A stretch of DNA of 64,000 nucleotides, taken from positions 1 to 64,000 of the IMG/VR virus record IMGVR_UViG_3300018063_000001. One strand, written 5' to 3'. Below, in pieces: positions 62,749-64,000 of this stretch (its first letter is position 1; the number at the start of each line of letters is the position of its first letter). The notes beneath the pieces were generated by a model. The model did not search any database and was not told where the DNA came from. It saw only the letters and a program-made list of their open reading frames with translations. This DNA comes from a virus. The position numbers were made by a program, and so were the translations under genes.

Positions 62749-62784
62749 GGCAGCTACTTTTTAGGTAGACTGCCTTTTATCTTT
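62749..62784 (+). terminator. Intrinsic terminator (second)
   Basis: GGCAGCTAC / GTAGACTGCC stem with one bulge and a 7-nt loop, followed by TTTTATCTTT. Confidence 0.6.
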
Positions 62785-62966
62785 CAAGTGACCGGACTCA
62801 GTTTCCCCACCTATCCGGTCTGACCGACATCACAGAACTAAATTCAATGAATGAATTTAAGCCCTTAACATTTATTGTAGTCAGTTAGGGTTATATGTCA
62901 AATAGTTAGAAAGAATGTCAGAGGACACCTGTTAAACATTTTCAGGTAACTTATAGGAGCCAGAAA

Positions 62967-63974
62967 TTGAATCCCGATACCATCGAAGATTTTGACCTTT
63001 TAATCTCACCACCCGAAACCATGCGCCAGTCATTTAGCACAGCCAAGAAGTGGGCTGACTACGCCAAAGAATACTATAATCTCAACTGGCATGAGCAATA
63101 CGACATAAGACACCAAGAACTTAAACAAATATGGACTGAGTATAAGCAAAAGCGGATAAAGAACTGTAGCACTCATTGTATGGAGGTTATTGAGAATCCG
63201 CTTGATGGTGATAGTATGTATCGTTTGCCCCGCTGTGGTGAAGCTGAGTGTGACTTTTGCGGGCCGTATGAGATGGCGCAAGCTAGAGAGAATCTAAAGC
63301 AAGCTATAGCTAGCAATAGCGGTGAGTTGAAAAGGATTATTGTTGAGACGGATAGCGATAGGGCTAAAGCCATGCGTAAGTATGGTAAGAATCTAGCGTC
63401 ATTTACGGCTATCGAGATAGATGGTAAAGTAGTTTTTGAAGGTTTAATAGCTACTAAGGATGACATAGGCGAATCCTACACGGCTGATGACCTGGAGAGG
63501 GATAATATGACCAAGTGGGTTAAAACTGTTTACGGCCATAACAAGTCAGGCGCGTTGCATACCAAGCCGATTAAGGTATCACCGAAGTTAGATGAGGATG
63601 TACCTACCGATGACGGGGCCGAAATAGTCACCGAGAAGTGGACAGTAGATTTTAACAAGTCCAATGCTAAAACCGGACTAAATCTGACTAACGAGGATTG
63701 GGCTGGCTTTGCTATAAATAAATCCATTATGTTAACGTCGGATTTGCGCCCGACTGACCTAACTGACCTGAAGGATGCTTTACGTAAACGTAGAGAAGCA
63801 AGACGGTTGGTTATTGAATCGGTGGGCGGTGTCATTTTTGACGTACAATACAGGAAAAAGAGAATCGAATTAAACGACATGGACTGGTCAGTAAGTGACG
63901 ATAGGGTTAAAAAACTAGAGAGAGAGGGGTATTTTGCACAAATTAGACCGTCAATACCAACAATCCACCTATGA
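62967..63974 (+). CDS. Hypothetical protein with Cys cluster (possible replication-associated)
   Basis: TTG start 7 nt after AGGAG. CSTHC...CGEAECDFC cluster. No family recognised. Confidence 0.5.
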   Translation: MNPDTIEDFDLLISPPETMRQSFSTAKKWADYAKEYYNLNWHEQYDIRHQELKQIWTEYKQKRIKNCSTHCMEVIENPLDGDSMYRLPRCGEAECDFCGPYEMAQARENLKQAIASNSGELKRIIVETDSDRAKAMRKYGKNLASFTAIEIDGKVVFEGLIATKDDIGESYTADDLERDNMTKWVKTVYGHNKSGALHTKPIKVSPKLDEDVPTDDGAEIVTEKWTVDFNKSNAKTGLNLTNEDWAGFAINKSIMLTSDLRPTDLTDLKDALRKRREARRLVIESVGGVIFDVQYRKKRIELNDMDWSVSDDRVKKLEREGYFAQIRPSIPTIHL

Positions 63975-64000
63975 ATCGATAGTAGAATCCAAACAAAAGT

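Larger units (their letters stand above)
62551..62784 (+). ncRNA. Structured non-coding transcript or long regulatory leader (family unknown)
   Basis: Starts after the promoter above. Contains a perfect 13-bp helix (62599-62611 / 62690-62702) interleaved with a perfect 16-bp helix (62631-62646 / 62717-62732). Ends in two hairpin+U-tract terminators. The only ORF is a GTG-start 64-aa frame without an RBS. Confidence 0.5.

Noticed and set aside
1-64000. tRNA/tmRNA genes, an integrase with attP, an endolysin, a DNA polymerase
   Set aside because: No T-loop-type GGTTCGAAT/GTTCAAAT context lies outside coding regions. I recognised no tyrosine or serine recombinase, lysozyme/amidase or polymerase motif by eye. 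Absence cannot be proven without profile searches.

Overview
The window is a gene-dense segment of a tailed dsDNA phage (siphovirus-type layout) or prophage. It has three transcriptional blocks.

(i) 1-40254, plus strand. Packaging and head genes come first: the terL 3' part, portal, a MuF-like gene, a large scaffold-like gene and the capsid gene. Next is an unusually large sugar-nucleotide / glycosyltransferase / SAM-methyltransferase island (8203-25428), with an extra RmlC-like gene at 978. Tail genes follow: a BNR-repeat tail protein, a chaperone pair, a 1342-aa tape measure, a beta-propeller Dit-like protein and a Tal-like protein.

(ii) 40292-54193, minus strand. These are early and DNA-metabolism genes: MazG-like, DNA methyltransferase, SNF2 helicase, a membrane P-loop ATPase, a PD-(D/E)XK nuclease, two HNH homing endonucleases and many small ORFs.

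(iii) 54292-64000, plus strand. This is a recombination/replication-type block with an ERCC4-like nuclease and a RecT-like protein.

The strongest non-standard signals are:
- Two strictly phased 18-nt (36-nt super-period) iteron-like arrays, 31 units in total. They flank a gene that encodes only the C-terminal HhH domain of an IS110-type transposase.
- The virion-module glycan synthesis and methylation island.
- A consensus promoter driving a roughly 190-235 nt structured non-coding transcript or leader, next to a reverse-oriented RHH + HNH cassette and three GTGGATAAA (DnaA-box-like) sites.
- A conserved box + hairpin + U-tract cassette present three times, each directly 5' of a Met-Pro start of a structural gene.
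- A small ORF whose leader matches the lasso-peptide/RRE recognition spacing.

I saw no tRNA, rRNA, CRISPR array, integrase, endolysin or DNA polymerase. All functional calls come from motif recognition by eye and from gene order. No database or profile search was run, so family names are hypotheses.
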